Positions 10,828 to 22,527 of a stretch of 64,000 nt of DNA are shown here, in pieces. The notes below the pieces were generated by a model. That model searched no databases. It was given only the letters and a program-made list of their open reading frames with translations, and was not told the origin of the DNA. The stretch lies in assembly GCA_963727895.1 (NCBI GenBank), contig CAVSHT010000012.1, positions 288,001 to 352,000 on the forward strand, written 5' to 3'. This DNA is from an uncultured Methanosarcinaceae archaeon. Lineage in GTDB: Archaea > Halobacteriota > Methanosarcinia > Methanosarcinales > Methanosarcinaceae. The first letter of the stretch is position 1. Each line of letters opens with the position of its first letter. A program made the position numbers and the translations under genes.

Positions 10828-11638
10828 CCATTATAGCTCCTTTTTTCGGCTGTTTTTACTTTCTGGATTACAAAACTGTGACTTGATGGCATATTCTGAT
10901 AGGACTTGAATATTTCCCAAATCAAAAATGGCTGAAGCTTTACTTATCAAAACGATTGTGTTTGGTATCTCAAGTTGTTTATCCAGCATTCTAAAATTGT
11001 TTGCAGCTATTAAGTGGTTATGCATTTTTAGCTGATAGAAGATAATGGGAAATGATATAAATTTTGGTCAATAAAATTGTGCTTTACTGAATCTCATAAT
11101 TGATGTGGTTTTTCAGGTTTGTGAATTTCAGCGTAAGGAATGAGATTGCTGGAAATCAAATCTGTAGAAAAGAAAGTTCTTATGCCTGATTCTATGAAAG
11201 TCTATTTTTATCTTTTTATACCATAAGTTCTAGGAACTTGATATCTTAAAAGAACTTTAGTAATTTTTTAATCAACATCTTTTTTATTACATAATCTTAA
11301 TTATTTTTATATAAATTTTGCTTGAATATCATTTGAACTATTGTATTTTACGATAGAGAATATTCTATATAAAACACCAGCTAATATCTAAAAAATCATC
11401 TTTGAATAAAACTTTCATATATTAAACTATATATAAATAAACAATGTTATCCATTTAACGCTGTTATTTATATAAATGAAGTATTAATTCTTAGAGATAA
11501 ACTTTAAACCAAATAATCTTCTTTGACTTATCTCAAAGATTGAATAACTAATAACTAAATAACCGATTCAAAAACATTTTACTACACTTTTTAGTTAAAT
11601 TCTTCAAAATTATTTCAACATAAAAAAGGAGTGAAAAG

Positions 11639-12670
11639 ATGTTAAAAAAACAGTTTAGTGAGGTAAAAAAAGCAATAATAATTTTGCTTGCAATATCTTT
11701 TGTAGCAACTTTAACAATCACAACAGCAAGTGCAGCAGACAATAGCGTTAAAGAAGTAACCCAACTAAATCAGATAAATTCTGCTCTTCAAAAAGGTCCA
11801 GTTTTATTGGAATTTGGAGCAACCTGGTGTGAGTACTGCCAGAAAACGAAGCCTATTCTTCAGGAACTTGCAACAGAATATCAGGGAAAAGCAACAATTA
11901 TGTCCGTAGATGTAGATAACAGCCCTGAACTTACTAGCTATTTTGGAGTAGATGGCATTCCTGATTCCGCCGTGATTGTAGGTATTAAAAACAATGAATA
12001 TGTTTACATGCAGGAAAATGGAGAAGTTACTACCGATAGATCAAGTGCAAGAATAGTGGGATATACGGACACTGTAAAGCAAGAGTTTGAAAATGTTTTA
12101 GATCTTGCTCTGAATGATACAAATAGTCAGAATATCTCTTATGGTACAACTGTTCAGTCTCTTTCTTCAGAATATACAAATACTCAGTCTCTTTCTTCAG
12201 ATGATACAGACAATCAATCTCTTTCTTCAGATTATACAGAAGTTCCTACTGCATATTTTACCAGCAACGTTACCGAAGGCTATTCTTCTCTTACTGTGCA
12301 ATTTACTGATATGAGCACAGGCTCACCAACTTCGTGGAGCTGGGATTTCGGTGATGGAAATACTTCAACTGTCCAGAATCCAACGCATACATACAATGAA
12401 GCCGGAAATTACATTGTCACTTTAACAGTAGAAAATAGCGCAGGAAGCACCACTGTAACTGACTCAAGTTTTGTTGTTTTAGCCAGTGACAATACGCCAA
12501 CGACTGAATTCTCTGAATCTCCAAGTACTGGTAACTCTGCTTCCTGTGCCTGTAAATCTGTTGATGAAAATAATTCCCCAACTCAAAGCCTATCACAGAA
12601 ATGCATTAAAAAAGTAACTTGTGCATCTAGTTTAGCCAAAAAGAAACATAATTGTCATTGCAGAAGATAA
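11639..12670 (+). CDS. Secreted thioredoxin-domain plus PKD-domain protein
   Basis: Signal peptide, FGATWCEYC active site, three SLSS repeats, PKD motif SWSWDFGDG...NPTHTY, Cys-rich tail. Confidence 0.85.
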   Translation: MLKKQFSEVKKAIIILLAISFVATLTITTASAADNSVKEVTQLNQINSALQKGPVLLEFGATWCEYCQKTKPILQELATEYQGKATIMSVDVDNSPELTSYFGVDGIPDSAVIVGIKNNEYVYMQENGEVTTDRSSARIVGYTDTVKQEFENVLDLALNDTNSQNISYGTTVQSLSSEYTNTQSLSSDDTDNQSLSSDYTEVPTAYFTSNVTEGYSSLTVQFTDMSTGSPTSWSWDFGDGNTSTVQNPTHTYNEAGNYIVTLTVENSAGSTTVTDSSFVVLASDNTPTTEFSESPSTGNSASCACKSVDENNSPTQSLSQKCIKKVTCASSLAKKKHNCHCRR

Positions 12671-12832
12671 TAATTCGTCAACAAATCCAATATATATTCG
12701 TTTCAGGGTAGGTTCATTATCAAAAATACATTGAGTGCTTTGCAAAAATCTATACAAAAAAATGTGAAGGTGAGGCTTTATTCTCCTTTCACTCCATTTT
12801 TTATTAATGTTGTTTATTAATAACCATCGATA

Positions 12833-12898
12833 AATTGCTTTTGATATATTGCTTTTGATATATTGCTTTTGATATACTGTTTTAATATATTGTTTTTT
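12833..12898. repeat. Short degenerate tandem repeat (ATTGCTTTTGATAT-like)
   Basis: Visible repeated units in intergenic DNA. Confidence 0.7.
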
Positions 12899-13046
12899 CA
12901 TTTAAACTATAATTTTAGTTATAAGTAATTTTTATTCCCATCCCAGCACAAGATTTGGAAATTCAGTTGGTTCTGGGATGAGTTCATAGATTTCTTAATC
13001 TGGCTATTACATTGAGTTCATCCATATATTAGGATTTACTATTGCT

Positions 13047-13448
13047 TTACCAATTTGATGATTTACCTCTACATTCCTTAATGACATCAGAAAAGTTTGT
13101 GTATTCTCTGTCTGAACAAGATTCCAGAGTTTTGATCACTTCATCATGGGCATGAAGTTTTTTAGCTTCCTGTATAAGTTGATTCTTTGTTGCAGGGAAC
13201 TTCACATCTCTGAAAGCCTGCATAACGTTTTGAATACCTTGAAATTCCTGAAGCACATCTGAAGCGCTGTGATATTCCTTGTCTGGAATGTTTTCAATAG
13301 CTTGCAATACCTCGCTACGGGCATTAAGACTTTTTGCTTTATCAATAAGTTGTATCTTAGTTACAGGATATTTCATCTCTTTGAAAGCTTGTACAGCTTT
13401 CTGAATAGCATTCTGTACTTCAGTAGCACTTGCCTGACTTGCCTGCAT
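13047..13448 (-). CDS. DUF2795-type tandem-domain protein
   Basis: Two repeats: YPVTKIQLI..AK..IPDKEY and FPATKNQLI..AK..SDREY; GGGGGA RBS. Confidence 0.8.
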   Translation of the reverse strand: MQASQASATEVQNAIQKAVQAFKEMKYPVTKIQLIDKAKSLNARSEVLQAIENIPDKEYHSASDVLQEFQGIQNVMQAFRDVKFPATKNQLIQEAKKLHAHDEVIKTLESCSDREYTNFSDVIKECRGKSSNW

Positions 13449-13792
13449 TTTATTTTTTCCCCCATATTTTGGTTTTATTTTCTTTGGAATTTGTCTTCTT
13501 CCAAAATTTGGATTAACCTATTAACCTGATACAATTTGCATCCATTTGGTTCTTAGTCATTTTATGCCAATGAAAAGCGATTTCAAATTGTATCACAAGT
13601 AAATTGTATTTCTCTAATATAATATCTAAAGAAATATAATTAAGAAACCGATATTAATTAGACACTGATGTTATTCTGTCAAATATTAGCATCTATCCAT
13701 CAAAAATAGTATTTTTCCTAGGGTCTTCTCTTTTTCAGAGTCATTTATAAAAACAGAATGAACTTAGGGAATTGAATAATATATTAAAATAT

Positions 13793-14532
13793 GGCATTGG
13801 TACCCAAAAATATATACATATGCTTATAACATATATTTCTTCATGAACTGCCCAAAATGTAATAGTTCTAGTCACAAAAAGAATGGTATAGTTGGTGGTC
13901 ATCAACGCTACAAATGCTCTGATTGTGGATATAACTACACAGTAGAGCTAAAATCAACTGCTTTTTCCGCTTCTGTAAAAAGACAGGCTTTACAACTCTA
14001 TCTTGAAGGATTGGGCTTTCGCTCAATAGGAAGAGTTTTAGGGGTAAGTCATGTTTCTGTCCAAAAATGGATACAGAAATTTGGTCAGGAGTTGGAGGCT
14101 CTAAAAAGCGAAAATGAGATATCTATTGTTGAAATGGATGAGATGCACACTTACATCGGTAACAAAAAAAATATTGCTGGATCTGGATTGCTGTTGATAG
14201 AGTTGGGAAAAAGTTCATCAACTGCTCTTTTGGTAGCAGAGGAACATAAACTGGAAAACTACTCTGGGAAAAATTGAAGAAAAAAGAGATTGGAGAAGTG
14301 ATGACCGATCACTGGAGAGCATATGCAGAGTTTCTTCCAGAAAAGATCCATACTCAATCAAAAGCAGAAACGTATACTGTTGAAGGATATAACAGCATAT
14401 TGAGGCACTTTCTGGCAAGGTTGAGAAGAAAGACAAAGTGTTATACGAAGAGTCTTGAAATGCTAAAGTACTCGGTTATTCTATTGATGAAATACATAAA
14501 TAAATAACTAGATATAGTTAAGTAACAATGCC
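13793..14532 (+). mobile_element. IS1-family insertion sequence, copy 3 (TAA in ORF B frame), followed by an extra 35 bp right end at 14533-14567
   Basis: GGCATTGGTACCCAAAA left end; ORF A 13843-14277; right end GTAACAATGCC; second end AAGTAACAATACC. Confidence 0.92.
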
Positions 14533-14685
14533 AAATAAAGAATTAGATATATTTAAGTAACAATACCTGAAATACGAGAATTACTTGATAATAACGGAAT
14601 AAAGATCAAGGATATTTCTCACTTAAAAGGAGGGGAACTACTCCGTAGAGAACTGCGGGTAGAATAAATTATATAATCTTTGCTT

Positions 14686-14818
14686 GAGCGAATCCCAAAA
14701 ATAGTTTTCTTCATAAACTAGTAAAAATTTCAGAACTCTGATCTCCATGATCGGAAATTCGATTGATAGTTCAAAATTCAAAATTTTGAGAGCCAATTTT
14801 AAGTTTTGGGATGAGCTT
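14686..14818. mobile_element. MITE-like element (~133 bp)
   Basis: Terminal inverted repeats GAGCGAATCCCAAAA and TTTTGGGATGAGCTT; no ORF. Confidence 0.65.
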
Positions 14819-15293
14819 AATCTCCAAGCTTTTTAAGCATCTTATAATATTTCAGGCTTTGTCCATTTTTCACTGGAATTTTGTCTTCTGCTATTGTTTC
14901 ATAACCAAGAGCTTTGTAGAAAGAGTATGCTACAAGCGAAGAATCCAGATCCATTATTTTTACTCCTTTTTCCAAGGCTTTTTCTTCAAGTTTGTACATA
15001 ATTCTCTTCCCAAACCCCATGTTTTGATATGCCGGCTTTACAAAGACTCTTCTGACGTTTGAACCAAGAAGAGTGCCTGTCCCTATGAATTCTTCTTCGG
15101 TAACGAGAATAAGACAATGCCCTTTCAATATATCATTAACTACATTTTTCTGATTATGATATTCTATGAAGTAATCAATTGCCTCTTGAGGGTAAATACC
15201 AAAATAGCAGGTATCAATTGTCTCAGTTACCAATTCTCTCAAAGAGTTTGCATCTTGAGGTTCAGCTGTTCTCATTATTATTTCTTTGGTCAT
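14817..15293 (-). CDS. GNAT family N-acetyltransferase
   Basis: VFVKPAYQNMGFGKRI acetyl-CoA motif, FYKALGY. Confidence 0.9.
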   Translation of the reverse strand: MTKEIIMRTAEPQDANSLRELVTETIDTCYFGIYPQEAIDYFIEYHNQKNVVNDILKGHCLILVTEEEFIGTGTLLGSNVRRVFVKPAYQNMGFGKRIMYKLEEKALEKGVKIMDLDSSLVAYSFYKALGYETIAEDKIPVKNGQSLKYYKMLKKLGD

Positions 15294-15622
15294 TTATTCC
15301 CATCTGGTTCTTAAATTTGAAAATGTTTTCTAATTGTTTTTAAAGAACTTAAATTTTTTTAATTGAACAATTTTTGAGCAATTTTTTGAATTTTTCATAG
15401 TCTAATATTTGTATTATGTGAAAAGTTCAGAGTATTCAAATTTCTTATTTGCGTATAGCTCATTCAGCCGAACTTAATCTATTTTTACTGTTTATCTGTT
15501 ACATGTTTTCTCTTTTATTTATATAACATTAAGTATATATTCATACGTGTTAGGATTAAAACCATTTCAAACTGTTGTCTGATCTGTATTTGTGGATTCT
15601 AAAAAACAACTTTTTATCTATT

Positions 15623-16481
15623 ATGCCACCAGAAATCACACCTATTATTGAAGAACCTGCTCTGATAGTAACCAATACTGAAACTTCATTGATAGTTGCC
15701 GACATCCACCTTGGAATCGAGTGGGATCTCGTATAGGAGTGGAATCAACTTGCCCAGCCAGATGGAAAGACGGCTGGACAGACTTATGGGCTACATCCAG
15801 GCAAATTCCCCTGATAGAGTAATACTTCTTGGGGATGTGAAGCATAATGTTCCTCAGGTTTCCTGGCAAGAGAAAGATGAAATTCCTCGCTTCCTTGAAA
15901 CACTTGCAGAATGTACTCATGTGGATATTTTTCCCGGAAACCATGATGGAGGAATCGAACTTATTTTCAACAGGCAAAAAGATATCACTGTGCATTCCAT
16001 GCGTGGCGAGATTGTTGATGGAGTTGGATATTTTCATGGACATACATGGCCTGCACCTGAAATACTAACCGCATCTCATGTAGTTACTGCTCATAACCAC
16101 CCCACTGTGCGTTTTACAGATGCATTTGGCTACTCAATTGTTGAGCCTGCCTGGATCAAAACAAAGTTCAATTTAGATGTTTTAAAGACTCATTTTGGGA
16201 ACTTTGATATTGAGAATTCTGTACAATGGACAGATCCTGAACTTTTCGTAATGCCAGCTTTTAATGAACTATGTGGAGGCGTGCCTTTTAACGAATCCAC
16301 ACAAGAAGATCTTCTTGGTCCTACTTTTTCCTCTGGAGGAATTGAACTCGATCGTGCAGAAATCTATTTGCTTGACGGAACAAGGCTAGGACTAATAAAA
16401 GATATCCGTAAATTGAAGCATACAAAAGTTAAAAACAAAACATGGGGAAAGAGGAAACGTAATTCCACAGGCTCTACATGA
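15623..16481 (+). CDS. Metallophosphoesterase (calcineurin-like) with one apparent frameshift near 15730
   Basis: MPPEITPIIEEPAL...VADIHLG in one frame; LLGDVKH, PGNHDG, FHGH and AHNHP in the next. Confidence 0.8.
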
Positions 16482-16745
16482 GAAGATTATACCCAAATAT
16501 TTTTAAGATTTAATGTAGATAACTGATATAAATATTTGGATAATTTAGTGAGATTATAGTATCTTTGATAGAATCAAAGAATTAATCAAAGGATTTCGAA
16601 AATATTAATATTATTATATATGTATATAATATAAAAATCGTTATACGAATTTATTTTCTATTTTCCCAAGAAATGATTTAATATTCTCTGCTCAAAACAC
16701 CGAAGTTTGTAGAGTTACTCAGTATTTAAGCAATAATTAATCAAG

Positions 16746-16873
16746 GAGTCTGTCCTAAAACTCAAAATTTGCTTCTCAGACATTCAATTTCATATATTCA
16801 ACCAAGCTCATGATTGTGAAAACAGTTCCGAAAATTCACCACAATTAAATAAAATGGCTTTTGGGATAGGCTT
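16746..16873. mobile_element. MITE-like element (~128 bp), inverted relative to the 14686 copy
   Basis: GAGTCTGTCCTAAAACT...TTTTGGGATAGGCTT; internal similarity to the reverse complement of 14686-14818. Confidence 0.6.
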
Positions 16874-16928
16874 AAGGACAATTATAATTGCGGGATTTAA
16901 AATTATCATTTATACCAGGAAGGGTGAA

Positions 16929-19900
16929 ATGACAGAACAAATGAGAAATTCTGATAGTGATATTATTATTGGAAATGTTCCCTGAGGAACACGTTTCTGC
17001 CATTTTTATCAGACAAAAGAAGATTTGACGGATATACTTGTTCCTTATTTCAAAGCAGGACTGGAAAATAATGAATTTTGCCTCTGGATTACATCACAAC
17101 CTCTTGAAGTAGGAGAGGCAATAGAATCTTTGAGAAGAATATTCCTGAGATTGATATATATCTTGAGAAAAAACAAATCGAAATCGTCCCTTCTACCTAT
17201 TGGTATTTAAAAGCAGGAGTTTTCGATTCGGAGATAGTTTTCAACAAATGGATTTTTAAATTCGGTCAAACTCTAGAAAGTGGCTATAAAGGGCTCAGGG
17301 CTGCAATAAACACTTCTTGGTTGGAAAAGGAAAATTGGGATGATTTTATTGCTTTGGATAAAAAAATTGAAACAAATCTTGGAAAACAACAGATAATCTC
17401 TCTATGCTCATATTTTCTTGACATGTGCAGTGGAACACATATTATTGACTTAACTTTCAACTATCAATATTCTTTGGTCAAAAGGAAAGGAAAGTGGGAA
17501 AAGATTAAAAATTTCGGTTGGAAAAATACATATGAATGCAAGAAGATCGAGGATGCGTTGAATCAGAATGAGCAACATATTAAGCAGAAATTGGGGAATA
17601 TTCTTTCGTCAGATAAGGAAATAGCTAATGTGGAGATTACCGATATAATTGACACACATATGCTTCAGTCCTTAATGGATGATTTCTACAATATTGTTCA
17701 TGTCTCAATTGGCCTAAATGATCTCAAAGGCAATGTTCTGGTAGGTGTTGGGTGGCAGGATATTTGTACTAAATTCCACAGAGTTAATCCAGAAACCTGT
17801 AAGCACTGTGTAGAAAGTAATATAAAGTTATCTACAGGTGTTTCTCCAGGAGAGTTTAAGCTATACAGATGCAAAAACAATATGTTGGACATAGTGACTC
17901 CTATCATGATTGGAGACCAGCATGTTGGTTACGTCTTTGTAGGACAGTTTTTTTTTGAAGATGATCCTCCAAATTATGAATTTTTCCGAGCTCAGGCCAG
18001 AAAATATGGTTTCAATGAAGAAGAATATATAGCAGCGCTTAAAAAAGTTCCACAGATAAGTAGAGAGACCGTGAATGCGATCATGGCTTTCTCCACAAAG
18101 CTTGCTAGCATTATCTCGCAGCTAGGCTACAGCAATCTCAAGTTGTCCAAATCACTAGCAGAACGTGAAACTTTCATGGATGCGTTGCTGGAAAGTGAGG
18201 AAAGGTTCGGGTCTGTTCTTGAAAATTCACTTGATATGGCTTACAGGCAAAATCTTCAGACCAACATATATGATTACATGAGTCCAGTGGTAGAGAAGAT
18301 TACTGGTTTTTCTTCTCAGAAAATGAGTTCGATGAGTCTCAATGAGATTCTTGATCGTGTTCATCCCAACGACCGTTTTTGGTTACTTCGGGACTGGAAA
18401 AAGCATTAAACACTGATTTTGGAACACTGGAATACAGGTTCAAACACAAGGATGGAAAATATCGCTGGTTTGCCGATCAGTTTCACGGTGAAGAAAGATT
18501 GGAATGGCAAGCCCACTTTTCAGCGGAGGTATCGTCCGTGACATCACAAAGGGCAAAAAAGTAGAAGAAGCCCTAAAAAAAGCACATGACGGTTTAGATA
18601 GAAAAAGTTAAAGAACGTACATCTGAACTTGAAGAAGCTTACAACTCTTTGAAAGAAAGTGAAAAACGTCTCTCTGAAGCTCAAAAAATAGGTCATATTG
18701 GAAATTGGGATTGGGATCTTGTAACCGGTGAAACATACTGGTCTGATGAAATGTATCAAATTTTTGGACGTAATCCTAATGAATCAGGTGCAACTTACGA
18801 TGAACTTTTAAATAGCATACATCCTGAAGATCGAGAGTCTGTGGATCATGATATCAAGAAAGCTTTAAATGAAAAGCCCCTTGGCATTGATTATAGGATT
18901 ATCCTGCCTAATGGAGAAGAACGCATAGTCCATGCGCAGAGCGAAGTCATTTTTGATGAGAACGATATTCCGATTCGAGTAAAGGGAATAGTTCAGGATA
19001 TTACTGAACGTAAGAAGGCAGAAGAGAAAATTCAGACACTGGCGAATGCTGTGGAATCTTCAAATGATGCTATTATAACTGTGTCTCTTGACGGTATTAT
19101 TACCAGCTGGAATAAGGCGGCAGAGCAGATTTATGGCTATTCGGCCGAAGAAGTTCTGGGAAAAGACGTATCAATACTTGGACCAGATAATATCAACGGG
19201 GAAATTAAGCAATTTTCTGAAAAGATAAAACAGGGAAAAAAGATCCAGCACTACGAGAGTATACGGTAAAAAAGGATGGCAGTATTATAAATATTTCAGT
19301 AACTCTTTCTCCTATTTTTGACGTCACTGGAAAGCTTGTAGCTATCTCAGGTATTGTAAGAGACATTACTGACCGTATTAAGTCTGAAGAGGCGTTCGTG
19401 AGAGCGAGTCGCGTCTGCGCCGGTTTTATGAATCAGACATGATTGGAGTGTGTTTCTACAATCTGAACGGTTCGATAACGGACGCTAACGATAAGTTCCT
19501 GGAGATAGTCGGTTACGCTCGCGGGGACTTGCAGGCTGGAAGGGTTAAATGGAATAAGATGACTCCACCGGAATACCGTCAATTGGATGAACGTGCCATG
19601 GCGGAACTGAAATCAATAGGCTTAAACACGCCTTACGAAAAAGAGTACACACTTAAAGATGGCTCACACGTCCCAGTTATTTTCGGAGTAGCTACCTTCG
19701 ATAAGGTACTCAATGAAGGCATAGCTTTTGTCCTTGACATTACCGAGAAGAAAAAGGCAGAAGAAGCTCTGGAAGACTCTCGAAATTGCCCGTAAAAAGG
19801 AAATCCATCACAGAATTAAGAATAACCTGCAGGTTATATCTTCTCTTCTGGATCTTCAGGCCAATAAGTTCGATAATTTGAAAGTTATTGAGGCTTTCAG

Positions 19901-20421
19901 GGAAAGCCAGAATCGAGTTAGTTTCTATGGCTTTCATCCACGAAGAACTTTATAAGGGGGAATGAACCGATACACTAAACTTTTCCGAATATCTTGAAAA
20001 ACTAATTAACAATCTTTTCCAGACTTACAGCCTTAGTAGTAAAAATCTCCATTTGTACATGGACCTGGAAGAAAATTCGTTCTTTAATATGGATACTGCT
20101 GTCCCGTTAGGAATAATTGTCAATGAACTGGTTTCCAATTCCCTCAAACATGCATTTACTGAAGATCGAAGAAGGAGAAATCCGAATTAAACTTTGCAGG
20201 GAAAAAATTAATGATGAAAAAAGTAAATCTCTTTTCAGCCTGACAATTTCAGATAATGGAAAAGGAATTCCTGAAAATTTAGAATTAGGAAATCACTGAA
20301 TCACTTGGTCTGCAGTTAGTTAATATTCTTGTTGACCAGCTAGATGGTCAAATTGAACTTAAACGGGAACATGGAACTGAATTTAAAATCACTTTTAATG
20401 TCGTGGAAAGGCCAATCATAA
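16929..20421 (+). pseudogene. MEDS-PocR-multi-PAS HisKA_2 sensor histidine kinase, fragmented
   Basis: GTRFCHFYQT (MEDS), WQDICTKFHR (PocR), several PAS/PAC segments, [21 protein letters not shown] at 16984 and many frameshifts. Confidence 0.85.
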
Positions 20422-20485
20422 ATTGATAGACATAATTGATAGACATAATTGATAGACATAATTGATAGACATAATTGATAGGCAC
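20421..20485. repeat. 13 bp tandem repeat AATTGATAGACAT, five copies
   Basis: Four perfect copies and one imperfect copy, followed by two copies of CAGATATTTTGCAGTT. Confidence 0.9.
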
Positions 20486-20979
20486 AGATATTTTGCAGTT
20501 CAGATATTTTGCAGTTAATACTATGAAAATTTTGCAACAAACTCATAAAAGCATTTTTTAGAGAATAATACAGATTTTTCTAATAGTTTTATGAATATAT
20601 GGGTTCGTTTTCTCAATGTTTATATAATATGCGTGGGTGTATGGAAAAATAAAATGTAAGGACTCAGGCTAATAGATAGGCATATCATTCTTAATAATTG
20701 GACTTATAATTTTCAGCCGTAGAAGTGAATAAAAATTCACATATCTAAGAATTCACATCTCCTCGTGAGACCTTATAAGATTCTTTTCTTTTGTAGGCAC
20801 TTGAGATGATTTATTGATGGCTGATTCATTGATCATTTATTTGTCCAGAGTTAAACTTATTAACTGATTTATGTGATTACTGAATGATTTATTAATTTAT
20901 TATCGGTTTACTGATTAATCACTGATCTATTAACTAGTCTATTTATTTTGTATTCACTTTAAGAGGATGTACTGATCCA

Positions 20980-22527
20980 ATGAGTATGGAAATTAATAAT
21001 GAAAAAATGTCAGAAAACCCTGTAATATCTGACAATGAATCTGATAATGATAATATTTTAGATAGCAGAGTTTTTGATGATTCTAAACTCGTAAAACTAA
21101 ACGGTATCAGGGACAATGGACTTAATCCATATCCCTATAAATTTGAGAAGAATGGGGATATCTGTGAAATTCAGAAAAAGTTCGAAGACTTTGAAAATAA
21201 TGAAGGTTTAACGGTAAAAACCGCAGGAAGGCTTTACAATATTCGTAAGCTTGGAAAAATGGTATTTGCCGATCTTGGAGATCAGGGGAGTAGAATTCAG
21301 ATTACTTTAAGGAAAGGAAATCTTCCTGATGAAGATTTTAAGACTTTTAAAACTCTGGTTGATTCGGGTGATATCATAGGCGTTCAGGGTCAACTTTTCC
21401 GGACAAAAAGAGGTGAAAACTCTATCAGTGTGTCTGAATTCTCCCTGCTTTCAAAATCCCTCTGCGCCCTCCCAGAAAAATTCCATGGTTTAAAAGATAT
21501 TGAAACAAGATACAGAAAAAGGTATCTTGATCTTATAGTAAATGCTGACAAACGAGAAATTTTCGTCATGAGGAGCAAACTCATTTCCTCGATCAGACGA
21601 TACCTTTCAGACAGAGAATTTCTGGAGTTTGAAACTCCAATACTCCAGAATATTTACGGAGGCGCAAATGCAAGACCTTTCACTACTTTCCATAACTGTC
21701 TGGGGCAGAAACTATTCCTGAGGATTGCTCCGGAACTTTATCTTAAAAGGCTTGTTATTGGCGGATATGAGAAAGTTTTTGAGATTGCAAAGAATTTCAG
21801 AAATGAAGATATAGACACGACCCATAATCCTGAGTTCACCACGATTGAAGTATATGAAGCTTATAGAGATTACAATGACATGATGGATTTAACTGAAAAC
21901 CTCATATCGGAACTCGCGCTCAAGCTGACTGGCGACTGCGAAATCAAAATGGGAGAAAACACACTCAATCTCCGCACTCCCTGGAAGAGAATTTCCATGG
22001 AAGATGCCGTAAAAAAGTATGCTGATCTCGATGTTTTTGCACATTCACTTGAAGAATTAAAGCAAATTGCAATCGAAAACAGGATTGAAGATTACGAAAA
22101 GGCAAAAACTCATAGAGAGTTCCTTGCTCTTCTCTTTGAGGGCCTGGTAGAAGACAAGCTCATAGACCCAACTTTCATCTACGATTTTCCTGTAGAAAAC
22201 TCCCCACTTGCTAAAAACCATAGGTCAAAAGAAGGGTTTGTCGAGAGATTCGAACTCTTCATTAACGGCTGGGAACTGGCAAATGGCTTTTCTGAATTGA
22301 ATGATCCGCTTGAGCAGGAAAAAAGATTCGAAGATCAGGATAAAAAAAGAAAACTTGGAGATCTTGAAGCCCAAACCATCGATTATGATTTCGTAAATGC
22401 CCTCGGATATGGAATGCCACCTACTGGCGGCGTAGGGCTTGGTATCGATAGACTTACCATGGTCCTTGGGGGTCTGGAGTCTATCAAAGAAGTAATTCTG
22501 TTCCCACAGATGAAAAGAGAAGATTAA
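20980..22527 (+). CDS. lysS: Lysine--tRNA ligase (class II)
   Basis: YGGANARPF, LRIAPELYLKRL, FRNED..HNPEFT, YGMPPTGGVGLGIDRL. Confidence 0.97.
   Translation: MSMEINNEKMSENPVISDNESDNDNILDSRVFDDSKLVKLNGIRDNGLNPYPYKFEKNGDICEIQKKFEDFENNEGLTVKTAGRLYNIRKLGKMVFADLGDQGSRIQITLRKGNLPDEDFKTFKTLVDSGDIIGVQGQLFRTKRGENSISVSEFSLLSKSLCALPEKFHGLKDIETRYRKRYLDLIVNADKREIFVMRSKLISSIRRYLSDREFLEFETPILQNIYGGANARPFTTFHNCLGQKLFLRIAPELYLKRLVIGGYEKVFEIAKNFRNEDIDTTHNPEFTTIEVYEAYRDYNDMMDLTENLISELALKLTGDCEIKMGENTLNLRTPWKRISMEDAVKKYADLDVFAHSLEELKQIAIENRIEDYEKAKTHREFLALLFEGLVEDKLIDPTFIYDFPVENSPLAKNHRSKEGFVERFELFINGWELANGFSELNDPLEQEKRFEDQDKKRKLGDLEAQTIDYDFVNALGYGMPPTGGVGLGIDRLTMVLGGLESIKEVILFPQMKRED

Noticed and set aside
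20810..20950. Repeated TGATT-like words upstream of lysS as a regulatory leader
   Set aside because: Irregular low-complexity sequence with no fixed period or clear structure
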